NCBI GenBank assembly: GCA_951406725.2
Contig: OX597815.1
Span: 198,338,001-198,402,000 of the forward strand
Direction: 5' to 3'
Source of the DNA: Octopus vulgaris
Lineage: Eukaryota
Length of the DNA stretch: 64,000 nucleotides
Each line of letters begins with the position of its first letter. The stretch's first letter is position 1. The position numbers and the translations under genes are program-made. This document shows, piece by piece, positions 42,319 through 54,466 of the stretch. Below the pieces are notes generated by a model, which saw nothing but the letters and a program-made list of their open reading frames with translations, was not told where the DNA came from and searched no databases.

Positions 42319-42552
42319 CCTACATCACGAGAGGAGATACAGATGCGGGCAGCAGCATCGAACTCCCTTGTTGATCAAGTGCCACGTATCAGAGGTGGAT
42401 TCACAAATTAGTGCAGCTCATTCAGCGGTGGTGCCCCAGCATGGCCGCGGACTTCGGGCCAAAACATTTTTAAGGATTTAAGGATTGTCATCCAAAGGAG
42501 GAAAAAGAACAATACGCTGCTGAATTGGGACAAATTGAGTTAATCCACTTCA

Positions 42553-42662
42553 GAATGAGGATACTCTGAAAATCCCATATTCGTTTCCTTCAGGTGAAAC
42601 TCTCATAGTGTCCAACAACGTCAGGGTCTTAGGAGTGATTCTGGACAACCACATAAGCTGGG
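42553..42662 (+). mobile_element. Short CR1-type RT fragment
   Basis: Translates NEDTLKIPYSFPSGETLIVSNNVRVLGVILDNHISW, matching the RDLGVIVDNxLxW motif of the LINE at 19.5 kb. Confidence 0.6.
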
Positions 42663-42758
42663 TTTCGATGACTTCGCAAGGTGGTGCTAGTAATTTAAAA
42701 ATGGCCTGTGTCAATACTAGCCGAGACCTATGAAATGATCAAAGTATACGTGTATATA

Positions 42759-42808
<50 letters not shown>

Positions 42809-42851
42809 TATATACACGTATACTTTGAACATTGTTATATATATATATATA

Positions 42852-43120
42852 CGCCATGCTAGATCGTTAGCCACTACACACATTTTTCTTTCCTTGTTTT
42901 CTGTGTCCCTTTCTGTAGAAGAGCGTAGGCTCGAAACGTAAAAGACTTTTTTCTATTCTTGAGCGTTATACTAATACATGTTTGTTTTGTACACCACCTG
43001 TCCTCGTCTTTTGTTTTTTTCCGTAAACTCTCCCTATATATATAGGGAGAGTTTACGGAAAAAAACAAAAGACGAGGAACGGTGGTGTACAAAACAAACA
43101 TGTATTAGTATAACGCTCAA

Positions 43121-43125
<5 letters not shown>
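42852..43125 (+). mobile_element. TA-flanked HHR element with TA-centred fold-back (palindrome 42954-43125)
   Basis: tattcttgagcgttatac...aaactctccc-tatatatata-gggagagttt...gtataacgctcaagaata, two substitutions. Another copy lies at 51724-51895. Confidence 0.88.
42909..42944 (+). ncRNA. Minimal hammerhead-like fold (CUGUAGAA core variant, loopless ACGU stem III)
   Basis: CUUU-CUGUAGA-A-GAGC-GUAG-GCUC-GAAA-CG-UA-AAAG. Confidence 0.65.
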
Positions 43126-43160
<35 letters not shown>

Positions 43161-43207
43161 GTATACTTTGATAATTTTCATGGTCTCGGGTAGTACTGGC
43201 CCAGGCC

Positions 43208-43244
<37 letters not shown>

Positions 43245-43245
<1 letters not shown>

Positions 43246-43412
43246 GACGAGTTTCTTTAGTTAGAATCTTTCTACCAAATCCACTTGCAAGGCTTTGGTT
43301 ACTCCTAGGCTATAGTAGAAGAGAATTGCCCAAGGTGTTATGCAGTGGGACCGAACACCAAACCATGTGGTTGGGAAGCAAACTTCTTACCACACAGCCA
43401 CGCCTGCGCCTA
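43245..43412 (-). mobile_element. SINE family A, 5' half
   Basis: ctaccaaatccact..caaggctttgg...gcccaaggtg...cttaccacacagccacgcctgcgcct. Confidence 0.8.
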
Positions 43413-43539
43413 TATATACATATATATGAACGTTTTATTCCGAAAAGAGTTTATGCAAATAAATACAATAACAATGAAACTGAGAATGGTATCTGTTGAA
43501 GCTGAAAATTGTATTGATATTTAGTAATATATGTTTTAT

Positions 43540-44200
43540 TCTGAGCACCTATTTGGAAAATATTGGTATTCAACTGTACAACAACACAATTTGGGAAAAG
43601 ATGCAAAATATTTGAAGTAGTAAATTTTAAGTAAGCATTTATTTCTGTGCAAATAGTTTTCAGGGAAATTTAGCTACCCAATTCACCTCTGAATTATGAA
43701 AAAAGCAAATTAATGTCATTTAAATTATACTATGACACTACGTTACAAATAAATGTATCGATGAAATGCTTGCCTGAATGAATAACATCTGAAATACAGA
43801 TCATCCAGGAATACAAAAAGAGGAGAATATGATGGAATCTTGTAAGGTTCATTGATTACTTGGGACGTCAGAATGACGAAGATCCGTCGATTTATCTACA
43901 ATTAAGAATTATTAAGGAAATATGTGAGTTAATGCATCATATTTCTCTCGGCAAACGATTATTAAATGATATCGTGGAAATGTAAATAAACAAGAATTTA
44001 TAGATACGATGTGTGGAGAAGAAAGGAATCCACCCCTAAATTTAAATATTGTCACTATATCAAAGTACACAACCGATAATACCTACGCCCCAAATTTTAC
44101 TTCATGCCTGTATCCAAATAAAAAACATATTCTAAACTTTCTTCCTTGAAACAGTATCAGTGGTTTCCGAAGGGCGAACGTGCTGAGGATCTTTTGTTTC
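43540..44200 (+). pseudogene. Possible highly decayed piggyBac-like transposase
   Basis: Discontinuous frames give WKILVFN (cf. WKFWHFNDN), KCIDEMLA (cf. IDESM), LKYRSSRNTKRGEYDGIL (cf. FRxYxPxKPxKYGI) and MCGEERNPP, in the expected order. Confidence 0.35.
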
Positions 44201-45495
44201 GCTGCATCTGTGAAAATTTTATTGTGTAATGAGAATTTACTGTATTGAGGTAATTTCACGCTGAATTTCTGGGGCTAATTCACTTCTACCATAAAAAATA
44301 TTTAGTAAAAGTTTCAGAGATTTCCTTTTTGATAATTTTCACCCAGGCAGAAAACAGGATTTGGCAGCTGCCGTTTTGTGTGTTACAATACGTGCTGTCA
44401 ACTGTAAACAAATACAATATTGGCGGAGTTCTGCTTTACGCACGCCATATAATCCGGTATAACTTTTATATTTCTTGGAATTTTCAAAAACTTTTGTCGG
44501 ATTTCTGTTTTCGACACGAGAATCCATATGATTATGCGAAATAAATAAATAAATAAATTCGTGCGTGTTCACGTGATCATGTTTGACCACTTGACATGAT
44601 CACCTCATACCGCATGTGCTTTAAGCATTTAATAAGCAACAAAAGGAACACGCAGTAAGCAGCTGGGATTGTTTCAATGGAAACAGGCACCTGTATGTCT
44701 GTGAGTTTTGATTGGCTAAAATTGCAAATTTTAAAAGCTATTAACTCTCGTTTTCTTTTTTTCTTTTTTCTTTTTTCTTTTAGGGCGAAAACAAGTTTCG
44801 TGTCAATGATTTCTTTACAAAATTAGACCAATACACCAAATATGAAATCAATCGGAACAAAAATTGAAGAAATTGAAAACTGGCAGTCAAAGAGAAAAGG
44901 TTCCTTGTTGAAAGTATGGTTGACTCTTCTCACTCAGAATTCCAAGCTTGAATGTGAGCTAAATATTTCTTCTTATAAATTTGGGTTACAAAAACCTCTG
45001 CTAGTGACGCACACGTAATTACGAACACTATAAGACTCAAAAGGTGGGAATACACGTATGGAAATAACGGCTTAAATGTTAAGCAAAGCATTTAGTGCAG
45101 TTGTCTTCCCTTGAGAGTTATTTTTAGCATTTGCACGTGAATTCCTGCTTTATACATTTATTGTATATGGTCTTTATTATCATCTTATCCACCACCTAAA
45201 AGGGCAACAACACAATTCAGTGATATTATTCTGCCATCATACAATAGGATATTTTGTTAGGTATTCGACATGGATAATTAATTAATCGAGCGTTCATGAA
45301 TATTAAATTTGCACAAGACATTAAGCTGAGTAAATAGCTATAACACACAAACACACACACACATAAACAAACACACACACACATAAACAAACACAAGCAT
45401 TTGATGTGTAAATATACATCCAAATATGCACAAAAATACATTAAAACGTACACGTATGTACTTATACGCACATACATATACACATATGTATATGC

Positions 45496-45526
<31 letters not shown>

Positions 45527-45639
45527 AATACATATATGTGAATGTATGTTTGTATGTATAGATATATGTGAATGCATGTTTGTATGTATATATATATATA
45601 TGCATATGTATATGCATGCATATATATATAGAGATATTT

Positions 45640-45702
<63 letters not shown>

Positions 45703-47853
45703 TATATACCTTCGTGCTTACATGCGTATAATCATACATACATGCATGGTTATATATACATACACACACACATATATATATGCATTAGATATATGTATAT
45801 GCAATATATATATATGTATATGCATTTATCCTTATATGTCTGTGTATGTGTGTTTGTATATGTATATATATCTATATATAGTAGCAGTACTCGCAACGAT
45901 AAGTTTTTGCTTTATTAGGTCGTATGACTTAGTAAATATCGATACGTAGATTATTTCAATATTATATGGATTACTTTCGACAGTAAAATAGTTAAATGGA
46001 TATAACAGCATACAAGGTATCACCGACTCTTTTATCTTTCCAAACACTGAGCATGACGAAAACGAATCCTTTCCTTCAAGTATGCTACTCCATATAAAAA
46101 GAAAGAAAATCAAAGAGAGAAATCCGTCAATATTCTATTGAAACTTAATGTAAATTTTACGTAACCTGGACATGCTCAATGGTTCAGAAAGAATCTGATC
46201 AAATGACTGCGTTTTAGCTGAACACGATGATTTTCTTTTTATTTGCTCTTCCTGTGCATTTTATGCTTTTGTTCTTGTGTTTTTACTTGTAAGAAATTGA
46301 TCCTTTGTATTTTAATTGCATTGCACCTCGTTGTTTGAAATAAAATTAATGCTGAATGTTATTTTTGCTCTTCAAAAATTTAGGTTCAAACCAGTATTGT
46401 CTTTATTAATATTACAGAATTGTAATTCATTAGATCGCTAGTGGTAGCAATCTCTCTTATACGATGTGGAGGAAAGGAAGTATAACAATCAAGCCTGCAC
46501 TCTCTTTACCTCTTCTACATTCCATATATTAATTTACTTCATCTCATGCATCTTCTAGAATAGAACAATTTAAGAATTTTTAAAATTTAGCGAGATATTA
46601 CAGCAGTGGTGAGAGTACTTGGTTAAATATAAATTTCAAATCTCTTTAAGGAAAAAGAAGTTGGCAATGAAATCAGTTTAATTATCATATCAATTGATGC
46701 ATGACATGTGTCATTCTCATACACGTAATTTTACAAAGGACATTTGTGTGTAACATAACGCTACTATCACAGCCATTGTCAATTCAAAATTTATAATAAA
46801 GATTCATATTTTCAGTACCTTCTTCCTTTAGTAAATGTTCCGATAAACATATTAACTGCCAGAGTGTTGTAAATTCTATTACCAAGTCTACATCACAGAA
46901 AATCGTGATATTCATTTAAAAAATCATACTGAATAATTATGTTCTTACATTTGTCTCTATTTAAAATTTTTTTTTTTGCTTCACAGGACAGTTTTAAATC
47001 AATGAACAACTGATTTTAGATTTGCAATGTTGAATAAAATTCACAAACACGTCACAGTCTCTTTTCATTTATATTCAGCTCTTCTTAGACTTGTTTTCAG
47101 CAAGGAAAGGACTGGATTTTATTATTTTTATAAATTGAGTTCCTAGAAAATATGAAGATTTTATTTGTTTTCTTGAGATTTTTACATTGTTCGAGAATAT
47201 TACGACTACTTTAAAGCAGGGTGGGGTCTTTTTTAGATATTCAGTTTTATATTTTAACTTTCCAAGCATGAAATTCTGTGTTGGCATAGCGTATGTACAT
47301 TGTACACAAACATGTCTTGAGAAATAAAAGAAAACATTCGGCTTTCAGGAACTCTCAAAATTCAATAATCATGCCACCGCCATTTTCTTTATGCATATAT
47401 ATGTACATACCATATTTATTTTCTACGATATGTTTCGGTACAAACACACACACATATGCGAGACAGTGGGGTGAGAGAGAAGGGTGATAGGGAGAGTGGA
47501 GAAAGAAAAGAAAAATAAGGGACTCAACACATTTAGTAGTAGCTAAATGTATCCTTATTTGCAATTGCTTGATTCGTATACATGCTATTTAAAGCTTCAT
47601 AGGTTTCTAACAATTCATTAGAACCTAAAGCTTGGACGAAAAGTCAATAAAATTTTAAGACACACCAAGGGCCGAATGAAAGTGTTTTATATAATATTAA
47701 TATTAATAATAGTAACAATAATATTATATGTCTGTGTATGTTAAATAACAAACAGTATCGTTTGTAGTTCTATAATTAAGAGATGAGGAATTATTTATAT
47801 TATTTACATTATTTACATTTGACAGATATTTGTCCTCATCTTGTATGTTGTTA

Positions 47854-47897
47854 ACACAACGTTTCAGCTGATATACTCTCCAGTCGTCATCAGGTGT
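47854..47897 (-). ncRNA. Minimal type I hammerhead fold
   Basis: ACAC-CUGAUGA-C-GACUG-GAGAGUAUAU-CAGCU-GAAA-CG-UU-GUGU. A more decayed copy lies on the plus strand at 48293-48336. Confidence 0.75.
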
Positions 47898-48000
47898 CTT
47901 GATGAAATTTCGAACCTACCCACAGGCACATGGCGTAGTGGTTAAGAGCACAGACTACTAACCCTGAGATTCTGAGTTCGATTCCAAGTAGTGACCTAAA

Positions 48001-48017
48001 CAATAATAATGATAATT

Positions 48018-48072
<55 letters not shown>

Positions 48073-48178
48073 CAGCAGCAGCAGCAGTAATAATAATAAT
48101 AATAATAATAAGAAGAAGAAGAAGAAGAAGAAAAAGAAGAAGAAAAAGAAGAAGAAGAAGAAGAAGAAGAAGAAGAAG

Positions 48179-48210
<32 letters not shown>

Positions 48211-48230
48211 AAACAACAACAATAATAATA
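48001..48230. repeat. Compound trinucleotide microsatellite (AAT)(AGT)(AGC)(AAT)(AAG)(AAC)(AAT)
   Basis: Direct reading. Confidence 0.95.
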
Positions 48231-50779
48231 TCGAAAAATACTTTTCGATATTATTATTGAGAATGAGAACCCAGGTTTGAAATTTCCCCAAGGCACTTGG
48301 TGAAGGCTGGAGGGTATATCAGACGAAGCGTTGGGTTAACAACAAACATGATGAGGACAAATATCCGTCAAATATAAATAATGTAAATAATATGCATAGC
48401 CTATGGTTTATACTCCGTAGCTTACGTGTGAAGCATGTTCACTTTCATTTTGTCCATTTCAGATAATGAGAGGGATGGAAAATAGAATATTCGAGAAATT
48501 TTATTAATCGCTACAATTGTAGTATCAACCCATCACGGGTGGGATCATTATCGAGTGAAAAGAAAGAGACACGTGGGGTTGGAGAGCCCCTGGAAATGTC
48601 ACAGGCAGTAGACATAAAATAAGTTATACAGTATATTTGATTTAAGCGTGTTCATATTTCCGACGCACGTTTCTATTGCATAGGCAAATAGCAATTGCAT
48701 TAGTAACTAGGTATTTTCAACACGCTATTAATGTATGCAACTAAATTCAATGCGTTTACTGATGTAGTCTGAAGCTAACTAAGTGCATGTGAGTTTAGCT
48801 ATATTTTTGTGTCCAATGAATGTGAGAGAAAAATTTGAAATCCTGATACGGCTGTAAAAACTGCTGTGAAGTTGACTCTATCCTGACCCCAAGTTTGAAG
48901 TTTCAATTGAGGATACTAGACTTTTAATTACGTCAATGTATAATTTTTAAAACACTAGCCCTAGGTGGACTACTGATCTTAAGATTTTGAGTACAATTAC
49001 AGGTTATTTATTTAGAGTAATTAGATATATGAGATATGTAGAATTTACTTGTGAGGCCAATTCAAAACTACCTATTTGTATAAATAATGTTTTAAATTAC
49101 ATGCAGTTTCCTCATGCAATATGTGTTGCAATGGTGATTGCTACTTGATATAGGAAAACTAGTAATTAAACTAGCATTTGCCACGTAAACTCAGGCGACT
49201 TCTATTTACATGTCACTTATATAATTACGAATCCCTCCAATGGAAGTATCTAAATACCCTTCTGTGTCGGTGCGAACATCTTAGTGTCTTTTAGTGCCTT
49301 TAGCAACTGGTGTAAGGCTGTAGAAATATGGAATATTTCTTCTATGCATAAATTGCATAATTTTACCCAGAGAATGCAAGATTCAGCTACGGCTATTATT
49401 TTCCATTCAATATTAAATTTGGTGTTCCTTTCACTAAGGGACCGGATAAGTTTGTGCTATTCATTTTCTCTCAATCCCTAAATGAATGTAAATGATTCGC
49501 CAGACTCGCCTTGAAATTTGTCGAGCATGCACCATTATAAGAGTGCGAATATCCTCCTGGCGTCACCTTACACCTGTATACAATATTTTCACCGTTCTTC
49601 GGACAGATCTCACTTTTTACAAAAATATGAGTATTTTTGCCTTTCGAAAATGTGGCTATGTTAGTGAAATCAGAATTAGATACCCCCTCTGTTTCTCTAC
49701 CAACGGATCTACCAGTGTCTGCATTTCTCCTGTCCTCTCAAATTACCGAGTTATTTGTCTAGCGTTTACTGTGTCAAATTCAGCTTCTTAATGAATTATA
49801 ACGGTTGTCTCCCTTCTCCGGCTTGCCTCGGTTTTACTGTTTCTAACCCTATCATTATATGTATGATCTGTATTTTCACAAAAGTATTCAAGATATTGCT
49901 AGGTTGACTATCTAACGTTTTGGTTGGATGTGTGCTATTATTGTTTTCCTTACCTACTTTACTGCTGTATATCTTTATCTTTTTGTATGAAATATAGATA
50001 ATCTCCAAATGTTTTATTTATACTTGGTCGAACGTCTTATTTCTATACCTCCGATCCTGAGTTTCAGAAAATGCAAAACACAAATCATTTAAACAAACAG
50101 TTACACAAAACCTACAGAGTGTACAATCGTAAAAAATGCCACAACATTTTGATGTATTCAGTATTGTAATATTTCATTACTCAAGTCTTTAATCTTATAT
50201 TAATTGTCGTTTGATGAATTCTGAACTGAAGAAATCTGAAAGGTTCTCAAAACCATCATACGTAATTTAAGATTTGAAATTCTTTCAAATGATTCTCTGT
50301 TAATTTTTCTCCAGATTTTTATTTTATTTAAGATTATACGTGTTATGATAATGGTTGTAATTATTCTCGATATTGTTCTTATTTTAGTACTACAATTATC
50401 CCTTTATATCAAAGCTTATCTCCTTCATCAGAATCTCTCGATTTCAGACGATGTCTCTTCAATTTCTTTTCAATTCAATTTATTATAATTGATTATTTCA
50501 TGTGAATTTATTTATTCATTTGATTTACATTTGATAAATTGCTTCTTTGCATTTTGTTTGCTTTTCACTTCCACTTTTGTGAAAATTGGCAATTATCATT
50601 AAATTGATTTGTTTTAAAATATATTTCTGTATTACGCATACTGTTTTATGTTTTATTTTTGTTCCTTCATGCGAATACATATATATATATGTATGTGTGT
50701 GTGTGTGTGTGTGTGTGTACAGAAATATACATATATGTACATATATATATATATACATATACATACATACTCAAACATT

Positions 50780-50848
<69 letters not shown>

Positions 50849-50871
50849 GTATATATGTTTGTATATATATT

Positions 50872-50907
<36 letters not shown>

Positions 50908-51334
50908 CTTACATATATTTATATATCTTTATTGTTTAATCTCGGTTAGTTTATTTCTATTTGAGATTCCATTATCTATAAATAAATTAACAATCCTATC
51001 TATAAAAAAATTAAACTCCAGAATTTTATATGATTATATTGGCTTGCAAAGCAGATTTATATCTATTTTATTTATTCTACTGGTTTAAATATCTTAATGT
51101 GACACTTCAAATTGCATTTAGTACTCTTCTCATAGCAACATAGAATACCTCTAATTGCTGACACACATGTATGCTGCGTAATTGCTTAATCAGATGTATG
51201 ACGTACACAGACCGAAAGAATTAAATGTATATTTATTGCTGGAAGTCCGTCGTTTACCACGACGTGTATACCAATATTCAAACGGTCAACAGAAAAACGT
51301 GATCGTAAAATTAACGTACGACTGGCTGAGTACT

Positions 51335-51562
51335 TCCCAGACACGTCACCCCTTTGACGTAGTTCTCAGGGAGATTCAGCGTGACAGAGAATGTGAAACA
51401 GCTGTTCATTTGAATTACAAGTATAACTAATTTTTGCCAGCTGACTGCACTACGGGAGCAACATGTGATAGTGTGCCTTGCTCATGAACACAATACACCG
51501 CTAGGAATCGAACTGATGACCTTACATTCGTAAGACGAATACCCTAAACAGTAAACCACGTG
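51335..51562 (-). mobile_element. Diverged tRNA-derived SINE
   Basis: Minus-strand B box agttcgattcc followed by gtgttcatgagcaaggcacac, as in family C. Confidence 0.65.
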
Positions 51563-51627
51563 GTTTCCGGTACACACACACATATACACGTGCCTCCGCA
51601 CAACACTCACACATATATGTCTGCATG

Positions 51628-51895
<268 letters not shown>

Positions 51896-51932
51896 GTATA
51901 TATATATATACACACTCACACACACACAGATA

Positions 51933-51963
<31 letters not shown>

Positions 51964-52354
51964 ACCTATATATATGTGACAAACAGGTTATCGGATGTTA
52001 TAACGACTGGTCACAATGCCTATCCCATAGCTGCTAGGTGGGGAGGCAAAAACTAACCAAACACTAATATATAAACACTAAATGTCAGTCCATCGCCGAA
52101 CCACCCATTTACAACACAGTGGACTGGAGTAACGTGAAATGATATGATTTGCACAAGAACACAATGTATATCCTGTCTGTGAATCGAAATACTGATCGCG
52201 CAAGCTTCAGTAAGACACGCTAAATTCTATACGCATTTAGTCATGTGCATGCGTCTGCGTGTGTTTGGGTTTGTGTACTCCCAGATTAAACCTGCTCCGC
52301 CCACCTGCCAGTTAACTTGTTTTATGAGTTCAACTACATTCGTGGAAACGCATG

Positions 52355-52399
<45 letters not shown>

Positions 52400-52408
52400 T
52401 ATATATAT

Positions 52409-52794
52409 AGGCGCAGGAGTGGCTGTGTGGTAAGTAGCTTGCTTACCAACCACATGGTTCCGGGTTCAGTCCCACTGCGTGGCATCTCGGGCCGACCAAT
52501 GCCTTGTGAGTGGATTTGGTAGACGGAAACTGAAAGACGCCTGTCGTATATATGTATATATATATATATGTATGTGTGTGTTTGTGTGTCTGTGTTCGTC
52601 CCCCTAGCACTGCTTGACAACCGATGCTGCTGTGTTTAGGTTCCCTTCACTTAGCGGTTCGGCAAAAGAGGCCGATAGAATAAGTACTGGGCTTACAAAG
52701 AATAAGTCCCGGGGTCGATTTTCTCGACTAAAGGCGCTGCTGCAGCATGGCCGCAGTCAAATGACTGAAACAAATAAAAGAGAGTAAAAGAGTA
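52409..52794 (+). mobile_element. tRNA-derived SINE family A with internal (TA)/(TG) tract
   Basis: Head ggcgcaggagtggctgtgtggtaag (A-box-like) and gggttcagtccc (B-box-like), central microsatellite, tail gcatggccgcagtcaaatgactgaaacaa-(gagtaaaa)n. Confidence 0.9.
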
Positions 52795-54171
52795 ATATAT
52801 AGATCCACATATATATGACTTCAAATACGCTAAACAAACAATGACCGTTACCATTGCTCTACGGCATAAACTGTTTAACTTCATACAGTTAATGCTTGCT
52901 TTCAAAACGAATGTATATTTTGAACCTAGAATGTTAGTCATAGAATATACATAAAGCTGGGAAGCGCTGAATGTTTCTTATACGCGTTAAGGCTGTATTT
53001 GGATACCAGACCTCGTCAATAAAAACTTATGCTGAATGCGGCTGGAAAATTTCTACCAGCTCGATATCGGAGTAAATCTGAGAACCGGTTTGCAGTGTTT
53101 CTGTTCTGGCTTAAGTCATTTACATGTTAAGAAGTAGACAGAAAATTATATGATTCTACATACTCTGAAGAAAGTTCTAGTTGTGTAGCAATTTGATGGT
53201 ATTTTATGAATATTTAAATATGAGAACTCGTCCGAACAGATGAACTACGATTGAGAAACACGCTATGTGAAGTGTGTGTGTATGTGAGTGTCTGTGCGTG
53301 TGTGTGTATACATATATACATACACACGCATATTCAGATAGTTAGAAATCCTATAAAGAAATGAATTGCTGTTACGCTATGCAAGTATTAAAAGCGATTT
53401 GTTCTTTTTTTTATATTTTCTATAAATGGTGAACACAATCAATTCTGTGGTAAAAACCTCGACACTTCGATTGCAACGAACTAAGTTAATTTTGTTGCTC
53501 ATGAAAAATATAGCTTTTTGTGGGAGATGGATGAGGAAAGATTAAAAGTGATAAAAAATAAACATAAAAGATGTCCAGCTGTACTTGATGAAACATCAAT
53601 AATGCAGGTTTTATGAGGTCCAGAAAATATGTTAAGGATAATAAAGTTGATTAAAATCAGATAATCCAGTACTGTCGTTTGAAATCATGCAATCTAGTTT
53701 CCTCTGAAATATTGATCATTTCTTTGATTGTTCTCTTTTATGTATGTGCCACAGGAGGATTAATGAATTTGGAGGGGAATTGGTTATTTTATGGCATTTT
53801 CCACAAAATTCTTTCTTTTGACTTTTGTTTGAAATTTTCGTTTCATCATTTCTCAGTATTTCAAATACACAATTTATTTAAATATTTGAATTTCATAAAT
53901 TCAGCATCAATTGATGAAGTTTGCTATGTAACCATTAGCAGGAGAATTACTGTTACTACTTCTAATGATAATACTAACACGTACAACAACAACAACAACA
54001 ACAACAACAACAGTAATAACAAAACGTATCTAATTCAGGCACGAGTCCAGGATCTTTGAACAGTAGGCGGTTAGTCGAAGTCATTGATTGCTATTTTATT
54101 GAGGTAAAGTTTAGCTAACTGGTATATGAAACCGTACAGTATTTTTTCGACGCTCTAATTCTCCTTATCAC

Positions 54172-54466
54172 CATTACCGTGACCGACCAGGTTTATCAGA
54201 TGTTGCTACACATCGCTGGTCACAATGCGCTTCGCATTGTTTTAGCCTTCAAATGACGCCAACCCGCTGGCTAAGTGGGCAGGCCGACAGAATAATGAGT
54301 GAGATAAAGTTGTGGTGAAAGAGTACAGCAGGGTTCACCACCACTCCCTGCCGGGGCCTCGTGGAGCTTTAGGTGTTTTCGCTCAATAAACACTCACAAC
54401 GCCCGGTCTGGGAATCGAAACCACGATCCTACGACTGCAAGTCCGCTGCCCTAACCACTGGGCCAA
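54172..54466 (-). mobile_element. tRNA-derived SINE
   Basis: Minus-strand head tggcccagtggttagggcagcggac...ggtttcgattcccagacc carries A and B boxes. Confidence 0.8.

Larger units (their letters stand above)
42698..43211. repeat. Nested inverted repeats enclosing the 42852 element
   Basis: Outer arms 42698-42760 and 43150-43211 (aaatggcctg.g.ca.tacta.ccgagacc.atgaaa..atcaaagtatacgtgt). Inner TA-centred palindrome at 42740-42828. Confidence 0.85.
47781..48392 (+). mobile_element. tRNA-headed SINE with HHR-containing tail and an inverted tail copy at its 5' end
   Basis: Inverted tail at 47781-47917. tRNA-like head at 47925-47996 (A box tggcgtagtgg 47931-47941, B box gttcgattcc 47976-47985). 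Compound microsatellite, then direct tail at about 48270-48392. Confidence 0.85.

Noticed and set aside
47925-47996. Functional tRNA gene
   Set aside because: A and B boxes are present, but the cloverleaf stems are broken and it is fused to repeat sequence; interpreted as a SINE head.
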